Origin: a bacterium
GTDB taxonomy: Bacteria > Zhuqueibacterota > Zhuqueibacteria > Residuimicrobiales > Krinioviventaceae
Direction: 5' to 3'
DNA length: 11,475 nucleotides
Assembly (NCBI GenBank): GCA_963674595.2
Contig: CAXXFV010000012.1
Coordinates: 1 to 11,475, forward strand
The notes under the pieces were generated by a model. That model saw only the letters and a program-made list of their open reading frames with translations. It searched no databases and was not told where the DNA came from. Shown piece by piece: positions 1 to 7,303 of the stretch. Each line of letters opens with the position of its first letter. Position 1 is the stretch's first letter. The position numbers and the translations under genes were made by a program.

Positions 1-25
1 AATCAAATAAAAATGGAATTTTCAA

Positions 26-913
26 ATGAAATCGATCAAGATGAAAAACATATTGTTACTGGTTTTTGTTTTTTGCATGGTATCCGCTTGTGGACGTAAA
101 GCATCAAATTTTACCGTCTGGCAGTTACCTTTGCATACAGATTGGGTTGGTAACTCTTATGTGTTTCTTATGGACAATGGGCAAGTTGTAGTGATGGATG
201 GAGGCCTTAGGGATGAAGCTCCTTATTTAAAGGGATTTCTCGCAGCTCTGGGCAATGAGGTGGAAGCCTGGTTTATCAGTCATCCGCACCATGATCACAT
301 GGGGGCATTTAATGAGATTCTGATGGATCCGGGAGATATCCGGATCAAAACAGTCTATCATTCGGAACTTCCGGAATGGTACTATCGCAAATACGATGAC
401 CATTTTGACAGCCTCACCAGCGTTTATTACCATAACCTGAATAGTTCGGATATACAAGTTGTAAATTATACAGAACCTGGTGCCGTGATCAAGATTGATC
501 AGACTAATTTCAAGATTCTAAGCACGGTTGATACAACGATTACTTTTAACATCTATAACAATTCATCTATGGTCATTAAGGTATGGGATGACAAAAAATC
601 CATACTGTTCCTGGGCGACCTGGCAAAGGAAGGTGGAAACCTGTTCCTGAAAGGCTCTTTTACGGATGATCTGGATTGTGACTATGTGCAAATGGCACAT
701 CATGGCCAAAAAGGCGTAAGTAAAGAGTTTTACCGAAGCTTTAAATTCAGAGCCTGTTTATGGCCGACACCACTATGGTTGTATGATAATGATCGTGGTG
801 AAGGATTCAACACAGCTAATTTTAAAACAGTTGAAATCAGAGACCTTGTGGATTCTCTCGGCATAACGGAACAATATTTTCAGTTTAATGGGCTTGTCAA
901 GATCACGGATTAA
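26..913 (+). CDS. Metallo-beta-lactamase-fold hydrolase (ComEC/Rec2 C-terminal-like), predicted lipoprotein
   Basis: Motifs VVMDGG, SHPHHDH (HxHxDH), NNSS, LFLGD and MAHHG, as in ComEC-type MBL domains. Hydrophobic N-terminus ending in a VSAC lipobox. Alternative start at ATG 41 (MKNILL...). Confidence 0.85.
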   Translation: MKSIKMKNILLLVFVFCMVSACGRKASNFTVWQLPLHTDWVGNSYVFLMDNGQVVVMDGGLRDEAPYLKGFLAALGNEVEAWFISHPHHDHMGAFNEILMDPGDIRIKTVYHSELPEWYYRKYDDHFDSLTSVYYHNLNSSDIQVVNYTEPGAVIKIDQTNFKILSTVDTTITFNIYNNSSMVIKVWDDKKSILFLGDLAKEGGNLFLKGSFTDDLDCDYVQMAHHGQKGVSKEFYRSFKFRACLWPTPLWLYDNDRGEGFNTANFKTVEIRDLVDSLGITEQYFQFNGLVKITD

Positions 914-931
914 AAAGTAATATTTTATCTT

Positions 932-1612
932 TTAATAAGGATCATAAGAGCCTGTTACAACTTTTTTCACTTTATCCAAATATTCAAATCCATACTTTCT
1001 GTCAGGCAACAAATAACCTCCTTCAATCCATTCATTCCATGAAAAGATTGTAATCAGTTTTGTTTGTTCCGGATGGTTATCGCAATACTCTTTTGCTTCC
1101 TGTAGAAACGCTGCAAAACTTTCCGGTGACTTGTTGTAACACACGATGTCATCTTTGCCTTTATCCGGAAATCTGGGAGTATCATCCCAACCAATTGAAG
1201 CGTTTGTAAAAACAGGTATTGAAACAAGATCATCCCACTGGTTTCTTATGTCTATGGCTTTGGTTGCCCATTTAATATAATCCTGCTCTTTCATCCATCC
1301 CCAGTTATACTGAGTCAAACTATTAATCTGCAATGTTTCCAGTGTTAAAAGTCTGTCTTGGTTTGGCAGACCATATATGATTAACTGAAGATGCAGGCCC
1401 GGAAAACCGGCCTTTATCGTCATTTCCCTGAAATAATCAAGTGCCTCTTTGGTTTGTTCCAAGCCACCCAGTCCGCTCATTAATTCATCAAGACTGAATA
1501 TGGAAAATACCGGCATACCGTCAATTTTAAAATAATTGGGTTGTTTAAAATAATTATTTATTACCCGGTCAACAATTATTTTAAAATTTTTCATATCAAC
1601 ATCGCCATCCAT
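932..1612 (-). CDS. C-terminal fragment of the GH99-like/WbsX-family protein
   Basis: YFKIDGMPVFSIF, AGFPGLHL, GWDDTPR and FSWNEWIEGGYLLPD...GFEYL motifs. Its ATG is a by-product of the -1 frameshift at 1609-1610. Confidence 0.75.
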   Translation of the reverse strand: MDGDVDMKNFKIIVDRVINNYFKQPNYFKIDGMPVFSIFSLDELMSGLGGLEQTKEALDYFREMTIKAGFPGLHLQLIIYGLPNQDRLLTLETLQINSLTQYNWGWMKEQDYIKWATKAIDIRNQWDDLVSIPVFTNASIGWDDTPRFPDKGKDDIVCYNKSPESFAAFLQEAKEYCDNHPEQTKLITIFSWNEWIEGGYLLPDRKYGFEYLDKVKKVVTGSYDPY

Positions 1613-1666
1613 AGCAAGCTGTCAATATCTTTGTATTTGTGAACGTTCCAATAATTTTGCTTCACT

Positions 1667-2155
1667 TCATGATTGGGCCCACATAAGGTAAAAATTCATT
1701 TTCTCACGGTTGGCTGCTTTTAAAAAACCATTATTTAATGTGCTTTCAAGAAATGGCCCATCATCAAACCAATACCAGTCGAAAATAAAGGTGTTTATTC
1801 CATGATCTGTTGCTGCGTCAATCCACTTTTCCATTACCTTGGGATCATCATCCATTTCATAACCCCACAGCGGCACCTTTGGTTGATAATGCCCTTCAAA
1901 ACGGGAGGTCCCCTTTTTTATTATTTCCCATTCACCGGTTTTTTCAGGCCAAAGCATATCACCAAAACGTTCGTCATGATGACATGAGGGCCAGATATAA
2001 GCTGCAACATTATACTCTAGATTTTTTTTAAAAAGGTTCACATTGTTTCCTTTTGGTTCTTTTTCGTTTCCTGTACAGGAAAATTGTATTAAACAAAGAG
2101 AAATAACAAAAAATGAAAAAAGCTTATTATAAGATATTTTGAACATTTGATTCAT
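1667..2155 (-). CDS. N-terminal fragment of the GH99-like/WbsX-family lipoprotein
   Basis: Signal peptide with FSC lipobox; VAAYIWP, GEW, FEGHYQPKVPLWGY, HGINTFIFDWYW, FYLMWA. The start may be ATG 2146, because AAGGG abuts ATG 2155 and lies 9 nt upstream of 2146. Confidence 0.75.
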   Translation of the reverse strand: MNQMFKISYNKLFSFFVISLCLIQFSCTGNEKEPKGNNVNLFKKNLEYNVAAYIWPSCHHDERFGDMLWPEKTGEWEIIKKGTSRFEGHYQPKVPLWGYEMDDDPKVMEKWIDAATDHGINTFIFDWYWFDDGPFLESTLNNGFLKAANREKMNFYLMWAQS

Positions 2156-2689
2156 CCCTTTCTTTTTGTTTAAACTTATCTTTGCAGCTCGTACTTGGGT
2201 TTAAGAATTGCTATGTTAATTGCGGAATAGAGAACAGTATTATTTCCTGCAAAATAACACAAAATCAAACGTAATAGTCGATTCTTCTCAATTACAATTA
2301 TTGATTTTTTAATATTTTGTAAGAATATATGAATCCGATAGTTCCTTCAAAGGCCTTTCTTAATTAAATCGTATAAAATAATCCATCCCTGGATTCAAGT
2401 ACTTTTTACTAATTTAAAAGCCGGAATTATCTTGGACACACCATGTGGAATAAGCCCTCAAAAAGACGTATATCTATTGTTATAGCATAAACCATTCGGT
2501 TATCAATGAAAACGTATTTCATCAATTGATCCGATGTTTTGTATAAAATCGCCCGCTGATTAAAGCAAGGATTGGTATTTTAAGAAACTGGTTTAGGCAA
2601 TTGAACCATGTTTAACAGATAACATTAGCCGACAAAAGATGGTGAAACTAGACTCTGATTACTATTCGATCAACTGTTATAATCCGCAA

Positions 2690-2866
2690 TTAAAAAAGTT
2701 TTTTTAATTTACTCCGAATGATTGTTAACTGATGATAGGTGCAAATGTTGTAATCCATGTCCGAATAAAGTTTCAATTTTGTACACAAGCTGAAACTGAT
2801 CAACTCTAACGTCATTAAATCATGCTCAATAGATTCAATAATTTCATTACGTTGCGCGGAATTCAT
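2690..2866 (-). CDS. Small hypothetical protein, 58 aa (MNSAQRNEIIESIEHDLMTLELISFSLCTKLKLYSDMDYNICTYHQLTIIRSKLKKLF), not in the ORF track
   Basis: Hand-translated open frame from ATG 2866 to TAA 2690 in AT-rich DNA. Purine-rich GAAAGGG 7 nt upstream of the ATG and a sigma70-like promoter upstream. Confidence 0.55.
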   Translation of the reverse strand: MNSAQRNEIIESIEHDLMTLELISFSLCTKLKLYSDMDYNICTYHQLTIIRSKLKKLF

Positions 2867-2911
2867 GATCCAACCCTTTCATATTATTCCAGGAAAATTT
2901 GACTGCTTACT

Positions 2912-2940
2912 ATTGTACAATTTGTATGCCACTATTTAAA
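2912..2940 (-). promoter_or_regulatory. Putative sigma70 promoter of the 58-aa ORF
   Basis: Minus strand reads TTTAAA (2940-2935), 17 nt, TACAAT (2917-2912). The -10 lies in the perfect palindrome ATTGTACAAT (2912-2921). Confidence 0.4.
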
Positions 2941-3001
2941 GGCTGGTATTCTTAAAAAAACCGAATAATTTTATGCTTGGATACGGGAACTTAATTAATA
3001 C

Positions 3002-3030
3002 TTGGATATTATATAATTATCTGTTATAAT
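3002..3030 (+). promoter_or_regulatory. Putative sigma70 promoter with extended -10 for the DUF2238 gene and downstream run
   Basis: TTGGAT (3002-3007), 17 nt, TATAAT (3025-3030), preceded by TGn (TGTTATAAT). Confidence 0.55.
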
Positions 3031-3144
3031 TTACTAAATTTAGTGACATGTATAATTATGGATTTTTTAGCAAGTCGTAACGGGTCATCCGGGATGGATG
3101 GAGATAGGTGTGTAACAAGTTGTAATTTTTTTAAAAGGAATTAT

Positions 3145-3753
3145 ATGAAAAAATATCTTTGGATTGGTATATTTGTTTTCGTCTTTGTGTGGTCAGCAAT
3201 ATCACCCTATGATCTTTATACCTGGTTTCTTGAGGTATTTCCGGCAATTATTGGATTTACTGTTATTGCCTATACCTATAAAAAGTTTCCCCTTACTCCC
3301 CTGGCCTATGTATTGATTTTAATTCATTGTATCATTTTAATGGTAGGAGGGCATTATACCTATGCAGAGGTTCCCCTGTTTAATGAGATAAAAGAGCTGT
3401 TTAACAGCAGCCGAAATAATTATGACAAGGTCGGGCATTTTGCCCAGGGATTTATTCCTGCCATAATAGCCAGGGAAATCATGATAAGAAAAAAAGTGAT
3501 AAACGGCAAATTTTGGCGAGCATTTTTAATTGTTTGCTTTTGTTTGGCATTTAGCGCTTTTTATGAGTTAATTGAATGGTGGGTCGCTTTGCTTTCAGGA
3601 AAAAGTGCCGAGGCGTTTCTGGGTACGCAAGGTTATGTTTGGGACACACAGTCTGATATGGGTTTTGCATTACTTGGTGCTGTTTTGAGTTTGTTGTTGC
3701 TGAGTAAACTACATGATAAACAATTGGCAACGTTTAGTAAAACCGACATTTAG
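3145..3753 (+). CDS. DUF2238 family (YjdF-like) integral membrane protein
   Basis: WFLE, HCIILMVGGHYTYAEVPLF, RNNYDKVGHFAQG, YELIEWW and FLGTQGYVWDTQSDM are characteristic. Start moved from GTG 3043 to ATG 3145 because of the SD AAAGGA at 3134-3139. Confidence 0.85.
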   Translation: MKKYLWIGIFVFVFVWSAISPYDLYTWFLEVFPAIIGFTVIAYTYKKFPLTPLAYVLILIHCIILMVGGHYTYAEVPLFNEIKELFNSSRNNYDKVGHFAQGFIPAIIAREIMIRKKVINGKFWRAFLIVCFCLAFSAFYELIEWWVALLSGKSAEAFLGTQGYVWDTQSDMGFALLGAVLSLLLLSKLHDKQLATFSKTDI

Positions 3754-3832
3754 ATTTTGGTGGTTAAATAATTCTTTATCTGAAATGAATTTCATTTGGT
3801 AAGAGTAATAAATTAAATTTCCGGGAGATTAT

Positions 3833-4165
3833 ATGCGTTGGTTACTTTTAGCAATAGCCATTTTATCAGAGCTTGGCGGTTCAACTTGCATGAAACTATC
3901 AGAGGGTTTTTCAAATCTTTATGCATCCATTGCCACTTTTATTTTTTGGGGAATCTCTTTTAGCATTTTTATTTTTGCTTTAAAGCATTTTGACTTGAGT
4001 TTTATTTATGCAATTTGGGCCGGTATAGGAATACTTTTGGTCTCGCTTATCGGTATGACCTATTTTAAAGAACCTGTTAATACTCTAAAAATTCTATCAA
4101 TTCTGATAATTGTTGTCGGAGTTATTTTACTTAATTTAAGTGAGTTTATTGTTAACAAACATTAG
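3833..4165 (+). CDS. Small multidrug resistance (SMR) family transporter, Qac/EmrE-like
   Basis: 110 aa, four hydrophobic segments, TM1 membrane glutamate (AILSELGGSTCMKLS), YAIWAGIG and FKE motifs; SD GGGAG. Confidence 0.88.
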   Translation: MRWLLLAIAILSELGGSTCMKLSEGFSNLYASIATFIFWGISFSIFIFALKHFDLSFIYAIWAGIGILLVSLIGMTYFKEPVNTLKILSILIIVVGVILLNLSEFIVNKH

Positions 4166-4311
4166 TTATTCTTTAACTCGGAAGCAAGGTGTTGATTTAA
4201 ATTTTTTTGCTGAATTCAGATCGATATTTAAAATAATATTTTTTCACCTTTTCGGGTAAAATTAATCAGACAACATTGATTGTTAGAGTACAATTAATCG
4301 GAGGTGTTGCA

Positions 4312-4920
4312 ATGAATGTCAAATATGCGACCGTTGCCTTAATTGCGGTACTTTTTTATGAAATATTGCTAAAAACAATTCATTTTTTAATACCATCTGT
4401 GTTTACGGTTTCATTTTTCTCTTCAATAACTTCGGTCCTTGCCGTTCTTTCCAGAATAATAATTCTACTGTTTCTTTATTATTTTTATCAGGAAGAAAAG
4501 TCTAACCGTAAAATTGCCCTGATTCTCAAGATTTTGCTTTTTAGTTTTGTTTGCGTTTATATACTAAAGTTGTCTGTTTTATCAAAAATTATCGATTATC
4601 ATGTTATTGTTCTTTCAAGGCATCTTTTCAGTTTTTTGAATGCTGTTCTGTTTTTTATATTTATCATTATTTATAAAAGGGAATGTATCTCTGAATATAA
4701 ATTGCTGACTCGCGCCTCAGTGTTTGTTGCGATTATGTTTGGGATTGGTATTATCAAAAGTCTCCTTGCTTTAGCAAGCTATTTGCGTTTTGTCTTTTCA
4801 GGCTATATGACCAGTTTTTCACCTGAATTTTATCATGTTGTGTTTTTGATTTTCATTTTAACTCATTTGGCCCTGTTGTATTTTTTGTTTCAGTATTACA
4901 AATTGAAAGGTCCCCGGTAA
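4312..4920 (+). CDS. Hypothetical multi-pass membrane protein (about 6 TM)
   Basis: Long, very hydrophobic ORF. Strong SD GGAGGT just before ATG 4312, preferred over TTG 4276. No family recognised. Confidence 0.7.
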   Translation: MNVKYATVALIAVLFYEILLKTIHFLIPSVFTVSFFSSITSVLAVLSRIIILLFLYYFYQEEKSNRKIALILKILLFSFVCVYILKLSVLSKIIDYHVIVLSRHLFSFLNAVLFFIFIIIYKRECISEYKLLTRASVFVAIMFGIGIIKSLLALASYLRFVFSGYMTSFSPEFYHVVFLIFILTHLALLYFLFQYYKLKGPR

Positions 4921-4992
4921 TTCGGGTGTTGTTACTATTAATTTTTAAACCTTGAGCCGAAATAAGACTGTTATTTATTTTAGAGGTGTGTT

Positions 4993-5475
4993 TTGAAAAT
5001 TGTAAACATGAGTTTTTGTTTCCTTATTTGCTGTTTATTGCTTTTTTCCTGTCAAAAGGAATGTGGTTTTAATTATGAAACAGAAAAGCAGCAGGTTGAA
5101 CAAGCCATTCATAATAGTATCGGTTGGGCAAAGGACAAAGATCTTGACTTGCTGTACAGCACCATCGCACCGGATTCAAACTATATCGAAGTTGATCCGC
5201 ATAAACGCGTGATCAAAGGAATTGCCGATTTTAAAACCAATGAAAAATTCTGGATGAGTCCGGATTTTAAAGCTGTTCGTTATGAAATAAAAGACCTGAA
5301 TATTAATTTTTCTGAATGCGGTCATGTTGCCTGGTTTTATTGCAGACTTGATGATATTAATGAATGGAAAGGGCAGCCTGCCAATTGGGAAAATACCCGC
5401 TGGACCGGCGTGCTGGAAAAACGCAGCGACAAGTGGGTCATTGTTCAAATGCATTTTTCTTTTGCCAATGAATAA
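4993..5475 (+). CDS. SnoaL-like / NTF2-family protein, predicted lipoprotein
   Basis: TTG start with SD GAGGTG; LFSC lipobox; C-terminal RWTGVLEKRSDKWVIVQMHFS typical of SnoaL_3/DUF4440-type domains. Confidence 0.8.
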   Translation: MKIVNMSFCFLICCLLLFSCQKECGFNYETEKQQVEQAIHNSIGWAKDKDLDLLYSTIAPDSNYIEVDPHKRVIKGIADFKTNEKFWMSPDFKAVRYEIKDLNINFSECGHVAWFYCRLDDINEWKGQPANWENTRWTGVLEKRSDKWVIVQMHFSFANE

Positions 5476-5506
5476 AATTTTCATATTTCTATAGAAGGAA
5501 AGGATT

Positions 5507-6274
5507 ATGGTTCCATATACGTTAACACCTGCGGCCGGTAAAAGACTGATTGCCAAAGCCGTTGTCGAACTTGCCTCAATAAAATCTGCGTTACAATCCG
5601 GGACGATTGTCGTTATTGCCGGAACAACAAACGGTTACGTTGCTCAGGAACTTTTACAGCAGCTTTCATCGCCTGAAGACTTGATCACACATCATTTTTT
5701 TCGCGGTATTGTTTTACCTCCAAACTATAAAACCAAAGAGTCCGGAAGACTGACAGACGAGTCTCTATTCCCGGGTGATGTTGTTATTGAAAAGGGTGTA
5801 TGGCAAAAGGGCAAAACAATTTTTGACACGGTTGATGATTTGAAAAAAGGCGATCTTATTCTCAAGGGCGCCAACTGTATTAACATGAATACCAATAAAG
5901 CCGGTATATTGATCGGTCACCCAAAAGGAGGGACGATTGTCGCTGCTTTACAGGCCGTTGTCGGCAGACGCGTTGAACTGCTTCTGCCGGTGGGATTGGA
6001 AAAACGCGTACACGACGATATTGATGTTCTTGCCGAACGATTAAATGCTGCCGGTTCCAAAGGACCGCGTTTGCTGCCTGTCAGTGGAAAAATAATATCC
6101 GAAATTCAGGCCGTCAACATATTGTCAGGGGCACATGCTCATCTCGTTGCCGCCGGAGGTGTATGCGGGGCAGAAGGGGCTGTGTGGCTTGGCATTGACG
6201 GGGAGGAAGAGGCTGTTGAAAAAGCAAAAAATATCCTGGATACTGTTTCCGAAGAGCCTCCGTTTTTAATTTAG
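5507..6274 (+). CDS. Hypothetical protein, possibly NagB/RpiA/CoA-transferase-like fold
   Basis: 255-aa soluble Gly-rich protein with KRLIAKAV, IAGTTN, LKGAN, GGTI, PVGLEK and AAGGVCGAEG motifs; SD AAGGA. The fold is inferred from motif order only. Confidence 0.7.
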   Translation: MVPYTLTPAAGKRLIAKAVVELASIKSALQSGTIVVIAGTTNGYVAQELLQQLSSPEDLITHHFFRGIVLPPNYKTKESGRLTDESLFPGDVVIEKGVWQKGKTIFDTVDDLKKGDLILKGANCINMNTNKAGILIGHPKGGTIVAALQAVVGRRVELLLPVGLEKRVHDDIDVLAERLNAAGSKGPRLLPVSGKIISEIQAVNILSGAHAHLVAAGGVCGAEGAVWLGIDGEEEAVEKAKNILDTVSEEPPFLI

Positions 6275-6364
6275 GAATAATTCATATCGTGGAATAGCAG
6301 GATTTCCTGTATCGTTATTTTATTAAGGGCTATTTTTAAACAAGATATTTTTAGAGAAATTTTC

Positions 6365-7261
6365 ATGGAACAACACAGTCATCATGCACACGACCATCAT
6401 ACCAATTCTAATCTGACCTTGGCATTTGTATTAAATTTAAGCTTTGCCGTGGTTGAGATTGTCGGCGGACTGCTGACAAACAGTATTGCCATTCTTTCCG
6501 ACGCCGTACACGATCTGGGTGATACGGCTACCATCGGCTTTTCCTGGCTGATGGAACGTTATTCGAAAAAGAAACGCACCGATGAATTGACCTTCGGATA
6601 TCGAAGGTTCTCATTGCTTGGGGCCATTACAAGTTCGTTTGTGCTGCTGGCAGGTTCGGTTTTTATTCTCACCCAGTCCATTCCCAGGCTCTTTCATCCT
6701 GAGGCTGTGCATCCCAAGGGTATGATCGGCATGGCAGTAGCCGGTGTTTTAATTAACGGGTTCGCGGTTTTACGCCTTAGAAAAGGCGACAAGTTAAATG
6801 AACGGGTCATTTTGCTGCATCTGCTGGAAGATGTATTGGGCTGGATTGCTGTTCTCATCGTCAGTATTTTGCTATTGTTTTACGACCTGCCGATATTGGA
6901 TCCGTTATTGTCCATCGTTATTACCATCTTTATCGTTTCCAAAATTCTGCCGAATATAAAAAGCATTTTAAAAATATTTTTACAATATTCCCCGGATGAT
7001 GTGGATGTGCAAAAAATAAAACAATTGATCCTCAAAAGGGACGCCATCGATAGTGTGCATGACGTGCATCTCTGGTCTCTGGACGGCCGGTTTACGGTCT
7101 TTTCATGCCATCTATCTTCCAATAAAAATATGTCTCTGACGGAAATTGAATCGGAAAAGACAGAAATAAAAAGAGACCTGCACCAACTGGGTATAGAACA
7201 CATTACCCTGGAATTTGAACCAAACTCGAAAATATGCAGTGAATGTGATTGTGATTTGTAG
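6365..7261 (+). CDS. Cation diffusion facilitator (CzcD/ZitB-like Zn/Co/Cd exporter)
   Basis: His-rich N-terminus, SIAILSDAVHDLGD in TM2, TFGYRR, HLLED in TM5, DPLLS, VHDVHLWSL and HITLEFE. Confidence 0.92.
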   Translation: MEQHSHHAHDHHTNSNLTLAFVLNLSFAVVEIVGGLLTNSIAILSDAVHDLGDTATIGFSWLMERYSKKKRTDELTFGYRRFSLLGAITSSFVLLAGSVFILTQSIPRLFHPEAVHPKGMIGMAVAGVLINGFAVLRLRKGDKLNERVILLHLLEDVLGWIAVLIVSILLLFYDLPILDPLLSIVITIFIVSKILPNIKSILKIFLQYSPDDVDVQKIKQLILKRDAIDSVHDVHLWSLDGRFTVFSCHLSSNKNMSLTEIESEKTEIKRDLHQLGIEHITLEFEPNSKICSECDCDL

Positions 7262-7303
7262 ATGATAAGCTAATTATACTGATATAAAGAATTAACGAAA
7301 ACC

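Larger units (their letters stand above)
932..2155 (-). pseudogene. GH99-like / WbsX-family (Glyco_tran_WbsX) lipoprotein of about 407 aa, interrupted by two compensating single-base frameshifts (real lesion or sequencing error)
   Basis: ORFs 1667..2155 and 932..1612 are in the same frame (2155-1612=543). Removing one base from GGG 1675-1677 and adding one to CC 1609-1610 gives the continuous ...FYLMWANHEVKQNYWNVHKYKDIDSLLWDGDVD... Family motifs: GHYQPKVP, FDWYW, WANH, GWDDTPR, WNEWIEGGYLLPD. Confidence 0.8.

Noticed and set aside
1613-1669. TGA reassignment (Trp, Gly or Sec) explaining the same-frame split
   Set aside because: The family motif WANH lies in the shifted frame, Trp is encoded by TGG in the codons checked, and TGA terminates the 960-aa gene at 8437-8439.
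2177-2186. Bacteroidota-type -7 promoter element TATCTTTGCA on the + strand
   Set aside because: No properly spaced -33 TTTG, it points into non-coding DNA, and the window otherwise shows TATAAT promoters and SD sequences.
3073-3082. AAGTCGTAAC, matching the 16S rRNA 1492 region
   Set aside because: Only 10 nt match and the flanks are not rRNA-like.
3043-3144. N-terminal extension of the DUF2238 ORF from GTG 3043
   Set aside because: The peptide is not family-like and a clear SD precedes ATG 3145.
3754-3832. Guanidine riboswitch upstream of the SMR gene
   Set aside because: The region is very AT-rich with no ACGR hairpins or other guanidine motif, and TM1 looks Qac/EmrE-like rather than Gdx-like.
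6298-6309. CAGGA-TT-TCCTG inverted repeat before the CDF gene as a terminator or metal-regulator operator
   Set aside because: Only 5-bp arms with a 2-nt spacer and no adjacent U-tract; too short to assign.
227-7203. Antisense ORFs 227..457, 1802..1987, 1810..2031, 5176..5556 and 6880..7203
   Set aside because: They are shadows of well-supported genes on the opposite strand and have no recognisable motifs.
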